64,000 nt of DNA, from NCBI GenBank assembly GCA_043228905.1, contig JBHGNT010000013.1:12028001-12092000 (forward strand). Reading direction: 5' to 3'. Under the pieces are notes generated by a model. It made no database searches. It worked only from the letters and a program-made list of their open reading frames with translations, and had not been told where the DNA came from. Made by a program: the position numbers and the translations under genes. Positions 1 through 14,252 of this stretch are shown here, piece after piece; position 1 is the stretch's first letter; each line of letters opens with the position of its first letter. This DNA is from Azolla caroliniana (taxonomy: Eukaryota > Plantae > Polypodiophyta).

Positions 1-162
1 GATTCGAGCGATACCTAGAAGTATCTTCCGATGAGGTCCCATCGAAGAGATTGCAGTGGATCGCGATCGTGATGACGGTGATTGGTATCCGTTATCATCT
101 GCAGTGATCCGTCCCATCTCTCTCTGATTGCCGTGTTCGATAGAAGTAGCAGACCCTGTCAT
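1..162 (-). CDS. Possible start of a host gene CDS running off the left edge (MTGSATSIEHGNQREMGRITADDNGYQSPSSRSRSTAISSMGPHRKILLGIARI...)
   Basis: The minus frame is open from about 325 to position 1, with the first ATG at 162-160. It lies downstream of a leader-like CT-rich region. No recognisable domain, so it could be UTR. Confidence 0.25.
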   Translation of the reverse strand, partial: MTGSATSIEHGNQREMGRITADDNGYQSPSSRSRSTAISSMGPHRKILLGIARI

Positions 163-1182
163 CGATGAGCAAAAAGAGGCAGTTAACAGATCAAGCTCGC
201 CATTGATATAACCAGATGAAATGGTTCCTCTTATGATCGCATCAAAGTATGTATAGAAGGCTTCAATGAGGCTGCAAGTATAGTAGGCTTCAATGAATCG
301 CTCAGTGTAGCTAAGATTAAGAAGTTAATTGCCCTAGCTCTAAAAACATATTAATTAACTGCTATGGCGAAATATTGTGTAGGGTTTCCGATAATCTTGA
401 ATGCGAAAATCTTCCTTAGGAATCGCATAACAAAGGGCACGCAGGTTAACAGCAAAGCAATAAAGAAAGATGAATCAAACTGTGAAATAGACTGTGATTT
501 TCTGCATGATTTTTACAATAATAGTAAGCTCTCGCTCATTCATTACCTGCACCATGCTGAGGAAAGGCAAGGAGCCAAGCGAGGATGTAAATTCTCATTA
601 ACATGGTGGGATAAAGAAGGTGATTCGACACCATGATGGGCATTCGGTGGCTTGATTGAGTATGTACGTATGGATTAATTAGCGGAGTCCACCTCAGAGC
701 AATGAAATGGTAATCTACTGCCCTCTATTAACGCCTGTGAGAAATTATCATAGAAATTGAAAAACATGACCCCAAGAAAGTGAAGATGGAACGAAAAAAA
801 AAGGTGCTAATGAAAGGAAGGGCCAGCGGGGTGAATGGAAAGGCTGTGATGATTGTTTTATTCTGATTGTTTTATCTGATGACTTAGGGTGTTGGGAGGG
901 GGAGGTAAAAAGAAAGTAGTAGGACTCGGCAGTGGGAAGGTAAGGTAAGGTAAAGTTAGTTAGCAGTGGGGGTGATTGATTGATTAGCAGGGAATGGGAG
1001 ATGGATTAGGGAGTGCTGAGAGGTGATAATTAGGGTGGGTTGGGCTAGCTAAGCTGATGGGGGTTTAGGGTTTAATTAGGGTTTATCTTTCTCTCTTTGA
1101 TGCTCACTGAAAGATGGAGCAAGAAAGAAAGAAAGAAAGAAAGAAAGGGATAGAAGAAGCAGACTCAGAAGAGCAGAGCAGA

Positions 1183-1219
<37 letters not shown>

Positions 1220-1300
1220 CTGCAGACGCAGAGGAGAGGTGAGGAGAGGAGGTGATGATGATGACGATGATTTATTAGACTCATTAGTGGTAGCCGCCCC
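163..1300 (-). promoter_or_regulatory. Probable long 5' leader / proximal promoter of a minus-strand gene
   Basis: On the minus strand: pyrimidine-rich tracts, (CT)n at 1188-1218, (CTTT)n, two telo-boxes AAACCCTAA (1065-1073, 1076-1084), a CAG|GTAATG donor-like site near 546, and a short uORF MASLIC* at 203-183. Confidence 0.4.
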
Positions 1301-1301
1301 A

Positions 1302-1303
<2 letters not shown>

Positions 1304-1334
<31 letters not shown>

Positions 1335-1421
1335 GTCTCTCTCTAGTCTCTCTCTCTGTGTCTCTCTGCTTCTTCTGTGTTCTCCACCATTAATTTGCTC
1401 TTAAAAGTCCTCTCTTCACAC

Positions 1422-1469
<48 letters not shown>

Positions 1470-1580
1470 AGTCTCTGTGTCTTGCTATGTATGTATGTAT
1501 GTATGTATGTATGTATGTATGTATGTGTATGTATGTGTATGTATATGCATTATATGTATGTATGTATGTATGTATGTATA
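1304..1580. repeat. Compound microsatellite (CT)n, (CT)n, (TATG)n
   Basis: Directly visible at about 1304-1355, 1426-1467 and 1487-1578. Confidence 0.95.
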
Positions 1581-1856
1581 TAGATATTATTTACTGCTGC
1601 CATCTTTAGAGTATTAAATGATATGATATGCCTCAGGTTTTTATTTTTACATTACTACACATAACACTCACACACACACACACTTCTTCTTCTTCTTCTT
1701 CTAACTACTACAGTATGTCTCATGCATGAGTCATGAGCTAGTTATACATACATCATACATACATATATATGTATACTATATTTATATATATGTACACATA
1801 TATATGACAACACACTTAACATCCTTGGTATGTATGCTAACTAACTATATCGCCCA

Positions 1857-1966
1857 TCCATGCATGCACACATCCTCGTGATGTCATCATCCCTCTACCC
1901 ATGCATGCGTACATCTTCATGATGTCATCCCTCTACCCATGCACACATTCTCATGATGTCATCCAT
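1857..1966. repeat. Short tandem repeat, about 3 copies of a ~35-40 bp unit (CCATGCA...CATC..C.TGATGTCATC(C)CTCTAC)
   Basis: TGATGTCATC recurs at about 1879, 1920 and 1954, each preceded by CCATGCA. Confidence 0.8.
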
Positions 1967-4900
1967 GCACACACACACACACACCATCCTCTTCCCTAAG
2001 AGTCAGTCCGTCAGTTAGTCAGTCAGTCAGTCAAGTCAGTCCACTTATTTTCTTTCCTTTCACATCTACAAGTTAGAACCCCCACCCCCAAACATACAAA
2101 ACCCACCCCTAGCTCCACGGTCAAAAACTGCCCTTGTTGACATCAAACCTTCCGTTTCTCTCTGCTTCTTGCCCCAACCAAAATAACAACACTCATTTGT
2201 CGATGGGCAACGTAAGCGAAAGACGCTCCTTCATCTCTCAGATAGTATAAATATATATATACATGTACATATCACAATGTGTCTTGTATTTCTTTCTGAT
2301 ACACTTTGTGATAGGTTGATCTTCCTTGCATGAATAAGCTAATCAGAAAATATACCAATAATTATATAGGATTTTTGCATTTCTTTATGTTTCTATGTCA
2401 TATGCTATTTTGGTTCCTCCCTCTCAAAACATTATTGGATTTGGGTGGATCAGTGCACTCTTTCCAAACATATATGTATTGATCATGATAACTTTGAGCT
2501 TTACCATAGAAGTTTTCGCATTACTTAGCCTTAGCACAACTTCTTTAGGCGCGTCCAACCACGATTTCATCCTTAACACGTGTGCGAGATTTGGAGTGGT
2601 GTCAAAATCTTAATGTGATATACACGGGAGTAGGGAAACACGATGTTTGAGTTTTTTGAACATTATGTCTTGTTATAGGTGGCAATCATTGGACTATCTT
2701 TGTGGAAAAAACCTTAACCATCAAGAAATTGCAACTCTTGTTTGTAGATTGTATATGATGCAAGAGTGTAGTATATTGTATTAAACATGATCGAATGAGC
2801 AACATTTTAGTAGTAACTGTTGTTAGATCTAGCGCCAATACTCCAAAAGCTTCTTAATACTCAACACATACGTGAAGTCAAATGAGGTATAAAAAACAGG
2901 GTACAATGGGAGTAATGGCACACCTCTCTATCTTTCATTAAGAGGAGCGAGTGAAAACATGATTGACCACACAACTAGGGGCAAATGCCTAGTTGTTGAT
3001 GGTCTCGTGTGAGATTCTTTGAAATGACTAGGGTGAGTAATCTATTGGGCGGTATTGTTTCCCAGCACATATACATACCTTTTGCATTGTAGACTATGAT
3101 GGCCTTGCATAGTTTAGGTTATGATGTTGCCAATATAAATGAGAATCATAATGACTCCTTGCATGATATTTATATTCGATCCCTATGTGATATAATTGGG
3201 TATTATCCTACAATCATTGGCGATTCCATTAACATGATGGTCACCATGCCTACAAGTAGTTATGCCTCATGACTCACATTTGTATGAAGGCTCCACTATA
3301 TAACACACTTACTTACCTCAGAACTATCTAAAATATAGTCTTACTAAATGCACGTACCAGAGACTACCCGCACATGGGTACATTTTTAATATTTGTTTAG
3401 CCTCATGGACCATGATCCACAAACACCAATCTTGTTTAAGTACCGCATTGGGTACCCCCTACTGACATGACAAGCCTACCTTATCCTCTTTCTATTGCCC
3501 ATCTTTGTAGGCAAGTGTAAACCTCTTTCTTTGTGGCATATGTTATATATATGATGTTTGGTACAAACTTCTATTGTGGATATCTTCTACATTACCAAGG
3601 AATATTATGAACTTCCTTCCTTCGTGGAGTTGTTCATGAATATTTCCTCAATATTTGCCAACGTGTTATTGCTTTCGCTAGTTGGAACAATATTTTCCTC
3701 TTATATTGGATTATCAATGTATCTAGCAAGAGGTTAAATATAGCAAATTCGGGCCAATGTTATCTAAAGGAGTAATTCAATTCTATGGGATACGAATGGG
3801 GCAACTTAACGAGGTACGACTGAATTTGTTTCTTTGAGAAGATCTCATGTGAAGGCATTAAAGAAAGGAGTGCTAGATTTACTATCATCAAAGATGTGTG
3901 TGATTGACTATTCTATAAACAAAGAAAATCTCATAGAAAGTATAGTTAAAACAGTACATTGCAGGTTGGATTCACACAAGTTGGATGTGGAGGATGGAAA
4001 GAGCAAGTGGTCCAGTTAGAGTATGTGCAAACATGAATGCTCTTCAATTATAGTAGTTGACGACAAATTAAATAATTTTACGTGGAAGATAGTGTATTTC
4101 ATCTTATTGGCTCGTGGAGTTGAAATTGCACTCCTAGATTATGTTAGATATTGCTACTAACATGGCTTGGCTTGCTGCTCAAATTTGTTTTTATAATGCT
4201 AATTGTTGTTATCATTTTCATGATTGACTACTATCGTTTTCGACCATTGCCATCGTGGAAAATGTAGGTGTAGAGCATTTTCAATGACCATTTAAGCTAA
4301 GATAACCATATTCTACAATCTTGATGTCATAAAGCAATTGTTACCTGATCACACTTATATAATAACTTTAATCATGAAAATCAGCGAATCAAAAATTTGT
4401 GTGCAAATTTTCATTCGCTAGTGTTATTGCCACTATTTCCTATATCTCCACATGCCACATTGTGACACCCATCCGTAGGATGTTGATAAGATAAAGATAT
4501 AGGTTTGTAGACATAACAATGTTTTTAGATTGAATTGGTGGGTAAATAAAAAGACTCTTATATGATGCATAAAGAGCACACTCATAAATCATGTTTTAGC
4601 TCGTGATGTCTTCATCTTTATGAACCTTTCATTCCCATAGGCCAAACTAGTATTGTTATAATCATACCCTCTTCTACTACCTTGTGGATATGATACATCG
4701 GAGAGGTAGGATCATGTTTGAGATTGTCTTGCATTTGCATTGAAGTATGAAAAAATTCTCACAAAAGAAGTTTGTGTTTGCTCCCTATGGAAAAAAACAT
4801 CGTTTTTTGACTCCTCGAAAGAATTGTTCGACGAGCACAAATAATTATAGGGCAACTTTTACAAAGCGAGGAACAAACGGGGGTGGGAATGTATGAGGAC

Positions 4901-7900
4901 AAAGTGTGAAGACATCTAAAGTGCATATGAAAATAACCGACTTTGTCGATTCACTCAAACCCAAGCAAAAGAAAAAGTTTTAACTTTTTTTTTCATTCAT
5001 TCACTTTCAATCAAAAGATTTATTCAATCTTAAATCTCTTCCTAATGGTGTGCCTCATTTTATGAAGGAAAGGGAAGGAAGGGAAAAGGAAAACATCACA
5101 TAGAAAAAGAAAAAAGGCTTTTCATGATGAGCCTTTTCTCCATCACCATTTTATCTCTCCCATGACGTATTTATGTTTCAGACTCTCTTGTAGTAAGTAT
5201 TAACAATGGCATTATATGCATGACCAATGGTCATACTTCAATCTAACTAACCTACACATGTCTAGGTCTCACTCAAAGCTATATGGAATTGGTCAGCAAC
5301 ACCTCTCTCTTGGATCAAACCTCATCAATTCTTATTTTATGACAAGGTCTGTGGAATGTAGTGCTTCAACCTCATTTAAATGCTTGACATTCTATTCTCA
5401 AAGGGTAGCCTGGCCCAATTGCACCACATCCCCTCCGTGTTTCTCTATCTTCTCCTTTTCATAAAAGTCGTGCATATATTAATGCAACATGACAATCCTA
5501 AAGAAAACCCTTGTTTGACATGTGCCTACTACAATAGTAAGGATCTTATGGCAAGGTAAATCCCAGAAGGTATTTTGTTAGATTACTTGACATAAAGGAA
5601 ATTCTTATGAGGACTAGGTGCTTGCAGAGCTCAAATTTGTGAAAATTGTCAAATCAAATTGCATTGCAGCTTGCATACATACATGTAATACCCCAATGGT
5701 ACCATAGTCTGTAGACGCCAAAATCTATGGTAGTCAAACTCTACCTTATACAATGAGGATGGTAAAACTTTGATTGTTTTTAGTGAAATTCCATTGAGAC
5801 AATAAAAATGTTTCACTATTAACAATGTCCAAACTTTTGGCATGACCAAATGGCTTTAGTGATTTGGCATGGAAGGAACATGTGTCATAGTTTATCCCTT
5901 ATCAGAGTATGAGCAAAAATTTGCCCATGTTGAACATGTCAACATTTTTAAGTTATGATCAATGTCAAAAGACATGTTGTTGCCCATCAAAGAAACACTC
6001 TCACTCGAATTAGAAGATAAGATTGCCATCTCTGCATCCAAATCTTGTTGTCACCATCATACAGATAAGATAATGTCTCATGTAAGTGATTCCTTCACCA
6101 CTAACCAAGCTTCACCTTGAATGAACTTATGATGGACATTAATCATTTTTACAATAACTGTCAATATTTTGCTATCACGTTACAATTTTTCTTGTAATAT
6201 GTGTTGGCTATCCTGCAAGCTTTTGTAAAAAGGGCACATATGTAAATTAATTTAAGGAAAGAGAAAGAAGAATTTTGACAATTAGAAACTAGTCATCCCA
6301 TAAGATTTCAATAAATATATTTTACTCAATTGTAGCTCGATATAATTATATTATTAGAAGCCCTAAGTAAATATGTTGACCGAATAACCAATCAATGTAT
6401 TTTGCCATGTTTCTCTAAAACCGTGTAAAAGAAAACATCCATGAGTGATATTCCTTCATTGCAAAGCATCTCTTAGAAGTTGTAACCCACCAAGTAAATG
6501 CCTTGGCTCTAACAAGACAACATGGTTATAACCCTAATGGTGCCACAAATTGCTACTTGCTCATTAGAACCTTCCATTCCCCATTCTTCACGAACCTGTT
6601 CTACCACAAATGTCTAGCTAGTGGGTTACAAATACAAATGTTCAATCTACTTCACAAGTGTCATTGCTCAAAATTGGCACTAGGTATTTCCAACTGAAAT
6701 AATACAACTTCGTAATTTCTAGGAATATGATAGAGATTTTTGAAATATATTGTTCTTATTTTGGGATTCAACATGACATCCCGACCATTACCTAAACCCA
6801 AGAGTGCCATATATTTAAGCTAAAGCTCAAAAGAGTGTTTATTCTCCCATCCCAAAAGATGAGATGTTGCCAACACCGCTAAATGCAATGAGCAGTAGCC
6901 ACCCTCCCTCCTTCTCTCTCAATGCAACATTCATTAACAAATTTTCTTGAAATCAAGACTCATCTCTACACATATTGCATGAAAATGTTTAGCTTTTGGT
7001 TTCTATAGGTCATGTTTAGCCTTCAAGGATGATAATAAAATCCCTTCCCTCTTCATGGACACTATTACTAGTACAATATAATGATGGAGCATATAGGGCC
7101 CCATGAGCATTTAGGGAAAAGGCTCAACATCCAATGATTATTGGTAACATGTATTGAAAATGAAATATGTGTGATTTCATGGACCACAAAGATGCATATA
7201 TCCCTTCTCAGGTGTCCGTGATAGAGTACATGCAATGTGTAATGTTGTAAACTACCACAAGGAAAAGGCCTTTCAATGCATGAATGTGATTCCTTGTACA
7301 ACTAGTTGTTGCACATTCCCCAATATCCAAAGAAATAAAAAACAAATCCATGATCCACAACAATTGCAACATGTCTCTATAAGCAAAGAGCGATTAGGAA
7401 GGGGAGAGTTTAACGTGGTGTCTAAAAAGGCCCAAATAGATGAAAGTAACTTCAAATATGTTGAGCTACCAATATGGAAAGAACTCGTGCTCTAGAGTGA
7501 CTAGTTATGTATAGGCAATGGTTGGAAATTTTGAATCTTACGCTGAACTAAATCACAAACCTTTAAACCAACACCATTCAAACCTTTTCAGCGATGCCAA
7601 GATCAAACCGAACGATTAAAGAGAACTATAACTTGTTAAGCCATTAATCCAAAGTTTTGGTTCGAATGGGATTGTTAACTAAAACTTAAAAGAATTGTTA
7701 GTGTTTAAAGTTAAAATTTCATAATGCATATTAGATCATTTTATAAATTTAGTATATATATATAGAGCCAATACGATGACCTCATAGGCAGATCCGATGG
7801 AGTCGAAAGACAACAATGGTTGTCCTCTCCCTTTCTTGAGTCAGTGGGCCTCCGTATAAGGTGGAACTATTGCGTGCCTACTGGGACTTGTATATAACAT

Positions 7901-10900
7901 TCTCATCTGTAAAATTTTATAACTAATGGAAAGAGTTTTTTTTTTGGAATAAAATAAAATAAATCTAAGCCACAATTTGAATCTCTAAACCGAACTACAA
8001 TGTTTATAAAATTCTAAACCGAATTGATTAAGATATTAAGTTGTGGTTTCACGATTTTATTTGGCTCAAATGAAAATCCATTGCATGTTTCTATATATGA
8101 CTATCACAAAAGAAACCATTGTCATTCGTGCTATGTCTCGTATGCAAGTTTGTGATATGTGTAAAGTATTAACTAGTACTATCTACATAAGCATATATTC
8201 CTAGTAGGAAGCATGATGTGCTATTCCTTTTCAAACACTTCTCTCTAACACAACTTTGAGTATTAAATCGTCATCCTCACCATGCTCTCTCATGCCCTTG
8301 ACTCGATAGATGATAGACTACATTTGTAACAAACTTGGAGGAGCAATATATTTTCAAAGAATAACCAATCTAAGCATGGGGTGCCTAGAACTAGAAATGG
8401 GATGTTCCAACAAATACCTCAAAATCAATTCTTTCAAGTATATCAGAACAATAGTTCATTGTCTTGACCATTGAAGAGGAATCACATCATAGACTATCAT
8501 CCCCAATCTATCCATGTGATTGAACCGTCTATATAAAATTTACTTCGATTTTACTTTACTTCCTATGTCAAGAGTTCCGAAGAAGTTGATGCATATGTTT
8601 GCAAAGAACTCCCACATAATCCAATATGCATGTGATGCACTTTATGGACCCCTCATTTTATGACATTATTGACTTGACCAACAGTCTATGCAACAACAAT
8701 GTACACAAATTCAAAACCTAGCAATTTAGAAATGTTCAAACTTATTATGAATTATGCATGAAAACAAAATGATGGTGTTGTAAATAGTAATGATCGTGTT
8801 GCATCCAAAGTAACAATTTAGATACACGATATTGGGATGTCTTGGTAACAAAATGGACGGATTATGATCTAAACCTTCATAACCTCCAACAAGATGAGTG
8901 ACCATAATATAAACAACTTCTTTTTTTCTTCAAAGATTTTCCTCATTAGTATTAAGAAAAACATGTGAATGCTACAACTTAAGCTTATTTGCCCAAAAGC
9001 TTACAATTTTCATGTACAATGATATATGATAATCCTAAGACCAAAGCTAGAACTTTGTAAAAGGTAATTTTATTTTTATTTATTTTTTTGCATTCTGCCA
9101 TGCTTCACTGTTAATCAACTACTTATTTCAACCTTTCTTTGAAAACCCATCTCAATACTTGAATGGGTAATTTTATGTTTTATAATTCATTTTCACTCAC
9201 TCAACAATTTGTTGGCCTTGCAAGGGAATAATTATATTTCTTCATAATCATTTGTTTTTGTGTTTGATGAATAGTTGTCAGTTGATGTGAAATTGCTTAA
9301 TGTGGGAACTAATTGTTGTGCCGATGGCTCAAGATGGGGTATTATACCATTTTTATGGTTTTTAAATGCATACATGAATCAAGATAGTGTAGTTCTCCAA
9401 AACTTTGGAGTCACAATGATTCTTCAATGACATATCATATGTAGAAGTTATGGTGCGCCCCTGATACGTGGACATAGTCATGCAACATGAAACCTTGTAT
9501 AGGAATAGATGAGGAAAACCCAAGATAGCAAAAAACCACCTCTAAGTTTGAGTTGCAAGTAACATGAGGTGGTAGAAGTTGAATATATCACAATTCATGT
9601 ATACCACAAATTGTAAGCAATATCATACATCTCTATTCTGTAAGAAATGTCATGCACTTTATGTACCAATCTTAAGGTTCATCTCAACTAAAACAAGCAT
9701 GTCACACCTTCCTCGGAAAATGAAGCTACATTTATAAATTCAAAAAAACTAAATTGCCATTCACTACATAAGTGTTTTGACTATATTGTTATTGCAATTA
9801 GTGTGGCCATACTTAAATAAGCTGTCTTCATTCTTTTACTACCATTAATATTAAGGATATCTCATAGCATTTGGTCTATTAAAGATTGAATTACAAAGAT
9901 ACAAACATATGCTAGGGTCTATTGACTATAAGGTCATAAATAAACATAGATTCTATAAAATCTCATGGATTACTCGAATTTCGAGGTCTTGTCTTCAAAT
10001 CAAATAATGGCTCTTCAAGGTTCTTTGTTGTAGAGAAAGTAGGTTGTTCAAAAAATGATTGTCCATGTTGACGAGATAATAAGTGATGATTTATGGAATG
10101 CAGTTGTGAATTCTAAATGTGCATTTGGTGGAGCATTTTGCAATCTGTGCAAAAAGAGTAATATAGGCAACTAATTGTCATCGGATTAAACCGTCAATTG
10201 CCCTAAATCTATGGCTTGCAAAGATCAGGAATTTTGTGGAACCACAAACATATGCACATGTGCACACCTAGGATTGCAAATCATCTCAGGTTTACGTCAT
10301 TAATAACATGAATAAAATGCATGGAAACAAAATCATAAGTCGTAACTAGAACATTCTGTTGTACGTGTAGGAGATCTTAAGCAAAATACATTAAGCCAGA
10401 TTATCACAAAATAATTTGAAGGAGAAACCACATAAATAAAATATAAGTATGCAACCCATAGTATGGATTCAATACTGCCAAGTTAAAATTGAGTCGAGTG
10501 TCAGATCTCGGTTAAGGCTTTGTTCCATTGTGATATATCATTCATTGGTCAGGTCTTCGAAAGAGTGTTATGGCAATGTCCTTAGGAGTCATCATCGTAG
10601 AATTATATACTTTTTGGCATTGTACAATATGGTTAATTTATTGGTTATTTAAAGAGTGTACTGCAAGCAAACGCCTCCAAGAGAGGATGAGTTCTTTTAG
10701 CGACAACAAACACTTTTTGTGGGTACCTTTTAAAATTGATTTCAATTTAAGCCAATGATTTTTGCATATTCTATACGTCATTGATATGTACATCCACCCA
10801 TGGCTTTGGTTGTACACCAACATAAGGTTAACTAGCATGCATGGAAGAAAAGGAACCAACTAAATGGTCGCGAATCTTGAAGGCAATCTTGCTCATTTAA

Positions 10901-12639
10901 GTATGGCACATGGACACCGACGTCTACTAGACTTTTGGTAGCTCACCATTTAGATTGATGATGCAAACCAAGCCATGCCTTCTTCTCGCTCTCCAAAACA
11001 TCATCACATTTTCCATGAGAGTTGGTGGCATTTTCAATCATACATATACCCTTTTGCATCAATCACAAACAGTTACAAGATTAAATTCTCTAGTTATACC
11101 ACATTGCTACTATTTAGAATGCTAATAATAATATTAGCTATATCCTATTCTCCCATGTGATTCGTTCATGTTGTGAGTGATTGATTAGTTAGCTTATTGA
11201 TTATTAACTAGCCCGCTATTAATATTGAAGACCTATTAATACATCTCTCTTAATGATTGATCGACTCTGAATATATAAACAAATGAGTAAATAAAGTATT
11301 GAGATATGGTCGAGGCATTCAAAACGTGGGACTTTCAAGACCCCAAATGCCCCTTTAATTTTTGTTATCTTCTTCTATATGAGCATACTCAACCCCCAAA
11401 AGAGAGAAACAAGATGGCTAAGTAACATAGGATATAATTGCTCAAACATCATTTAATTGACCCCATAAAATCTCAAACTACAACATGTAGTCACTTGAGT
11501 CATGAAAATAGACTCAAAATGGTTATTTTAATTGAACCTCAAGACTAAGAAATAATCTAGTTCCCTTAGCTTTTTGTTATTTCTCGAAATACCATTTCTC
11601 AACCCTTGAAATAGAGACAAAATGTAGACATAGCGTATAGAATTGCTCAAGTAGAACACATTTCTAGCTAAAATGAGACATGTAGAGGTGATTAACGTAT
11701 GACGTTTATGGAGATAATGAAAACCTAGTACTATTGTGTTTGTCATAGTTCCTTTTACTTTAATCGTGGTAATGTCCGCTATATCCAAGTTTAATGGTTA
11801 AAAAATGGCTCTTTGATTGATGCATAATACTTAAATCCTAATCATTAATAGCTCGTGAAGGTTAGCATGAATTAGCATATGCTTAAACGAATTGTCAAAA
11901 GATGACAAATCAAAATCATCAAGCATGGTTTATATGATTAATGAAAAAACATTGTTAACTTTTAATTACCCATATACACACAACATATTCACAAGTGTTG
12001 TGGATGATGGAGGGGTGTTTTCATCTCGGTTGAGCTTTGTGTCTTGGAAACTCCAAAGTTTGAAAGTGCCATTATTGGAAATTTATGGTAAGCTAGGTTG
12101 GCATGCTAGGCATTGCATATGTATTGGGAAAAAAACTCGTAAAAACCTCAAGTTTTACTTTAGTTCATTAGAATGCCCTTATATTTCTTTATATCGCTAA
12201 ATGGCACCAACCAACTCTCATAATAGAGAGAAGGAAGGGGATGGACAAGGCATACATAGAATTGCTTATATAACGCGATGAATCTATGATAAGTTTCTCA
12301 AATAAATATCTTATTAAAAGATTTACTCGATTGAGGTGAGTGATGAGTTGGGGCCATCTTTAAATAGAATATAAGTTTTATAACCCATGAGGAGGCAAAC
12401 TTATTCCTTAGAATGGGATTTACTACTTTGCAGTAAAACCTCTGTGTGTGAAAATAATGCATGTACGTATTTGCTCACCCTTCTTGGTGGGGATTTCAAC
12501 GTGACACTTAAAAATTTATCATGTCTGTCTAATAAGTCATCATACTTCTCGCAAACTACCTTATATAGTGGGAATGGAGAGGATATTGCTCTTAATAGTT
12601 TTTTATACCTTGTATCATTTTAGCAATATGTGATCAAGC

Positions 12640-13317
12640 ATACCCTTAGCTTTTTGTGATATACTTAACTAGTACCTCTATAGCCAAGCACCTGTTTCTA
12701 GTATCATCACATGATAGGATGTTGAAGATTTTACTACCCATTGATTATGTAAGAACAATTTTGGATTTTGTCTATTTCATTCTATGCACTGAGTGAGATA
12801 GTGCTACCCCACAATTCCACTCCATAAAGCTACACTTGGATCACCATGGTCCATAACATTGAATATCATCAATCTCACTTCCCATCCTTGAATATCACTT
12901 TGGTTGCATATATTCTCAAACACATATTAACTATTTGAAGTCAGACCCATAGGATACACTCCACCTATTTGTTTGTCGATGGGACAATAATACCAAGATA
13001 TTTGAAGTTTTGCACCACTTGAATTGGTTCTCCCTTGTATGTAAAAAGGGAGCTAGTATCTTGGTTGTATTGCTTTTATTGCTATTCACTTTTGTTTTGT
13101 CCACGTTAAAAAATAGCCCGCTGATTTGACAAAATGTTTCCATATACGTCAAGCAAGTGTTGCATATCATCCAAAGCAAATGAGAATAAAACAACAAAAT
13201 TAACATACAGTAGCATAAAAATAAGCTATTGCATGAGTTTTGGGCCATCTAATCCTTCTTCTTTGGCATCCTTGTTCACTATTTCATCAAGCTTATCTGT
13301 TAGATCTTATGGTCTAA
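12640..13317 (-). pseudogene. Decayed non-LTR (RTE/L1-like) reverse transcriptase fragment
   Basis: Minus-strand motifs occur in the expected order: FCQISGLFFNVDKTKV (~13140-13085), KYLGII (~13003-12986) and LYGVELWG (~12830-12807). Frameshifted. It abuts the LTR of element B. Confidence 0.55.
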
Positions 13318-13750
13318 TGTAAGCATATGATAAGGATAAAAGATAAATAGATAGAAAGGAGAGAGAGAAAGAAGGGTGCCGATCCACCCGACCACCCCCG
13401 AGCGAAGGGATCGAGACAGACTTGTGCCTCGATCACCGTCCCATACCACCGTTGTGGTGTCGAGTCGTACCTAGTGCTGGCCACTCACTACAAGAGTTGA
13501 CCCACCACAATGTCAGAGTCTCAACATAGTCAAAAGATGATGAAATGAGGGTAGCTAGGCCTCATATTTATAGCAAGACCCAAGGCCCCCAGGCAAGTTC
13601 ACACTTGGCCTAATGGGTTGTCTCAATCCCGAGGATTAAAAGTAATCCTCCCCTTCTTTACACTCTTGTTTAACCCTCACACTTATCCACGTGTATAGAA
13701 TACTACGGTAAATTCTCACCACTGGATATTATATGGTCATGCCCGTAACA
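13318..13750 (-). repeat. 3' LTR of chromovirus B
   Basis: On the minus strand it starts TGTTACGGGC just after the PPT (plus 13753-13763). It probably ends at plus TGTAAGC (13318). No partner LTR is available to confirm this. Confidence 0.6.
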
Positions 13751-13812
13751 TACTCCCCCTCTTTAAAACATTGGACTCTTGCAATGGAAAGTTAGGGAAG
13801 TTAGTTCTAAGA

Positions 13813-14252
13813 TGAAAAGAATGGCGTGCGGAATCAATATAGAAAAACCGAACAACAGAAAATGCAGGTTTAATGGAAAGCTTAGGTTTGCACAGTACGC
13901 ATGGGAGAGACAGAGAGAGAGTAAACACAAGAACTTAATTCAAAAAATAATACTCAATCTGTACATAGGATGTGCTCAGTGAGCACTTTTATACAAGCCC
14001 TGACAATCGGGTTGGCACAAGTACTGACAGTACTTGACTGCTCATAAATGAGCCTCGACTCTTACTCCCAAAACTATTCCTTACGAGGAATATCTTTCTA
14101 ACGACCTTTCGTTTTACGCACTGATATGGCCTTCCTATGCACCGGTTTGCGTACTGGTTTACGCATCGGTCCGGCCTAACCGATCGGTCCCAACCGATCC
14201 GGTCCTCGGCTTGCTCAGCCGATCCGGCCGATGTTGAGCTTGTCTCTCAACA
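13813..14252 (-). repeat. 3' LTR of Copia A
   Basis: Direct repeat of 24522-24974, adjacent to the PPT. Confidence 0.97.

Noticed and set aside
7380-7440. Kinase G-loop-like ERLGRGEFNVV
   Set aside because: No other kinase subdomains follow, so a single short motif is insufficient.
7520-8080. Clustered AAACCGAA motifs suggesting a MITE
   Set aside because: No convincing TIR pair or TSD was found.
10780-10960. Possible L1 remnant (minus-strand LCWCTTKAMGGC)
   Set aside because: Too decayed to set boundaries or be confident.
364-12623. Short ORFs (60-105 aa) in the AT-rich region
   Set aside because: They have no recognisable domains and lengths expected by chance. 1377-1583 is translated microsatellite.
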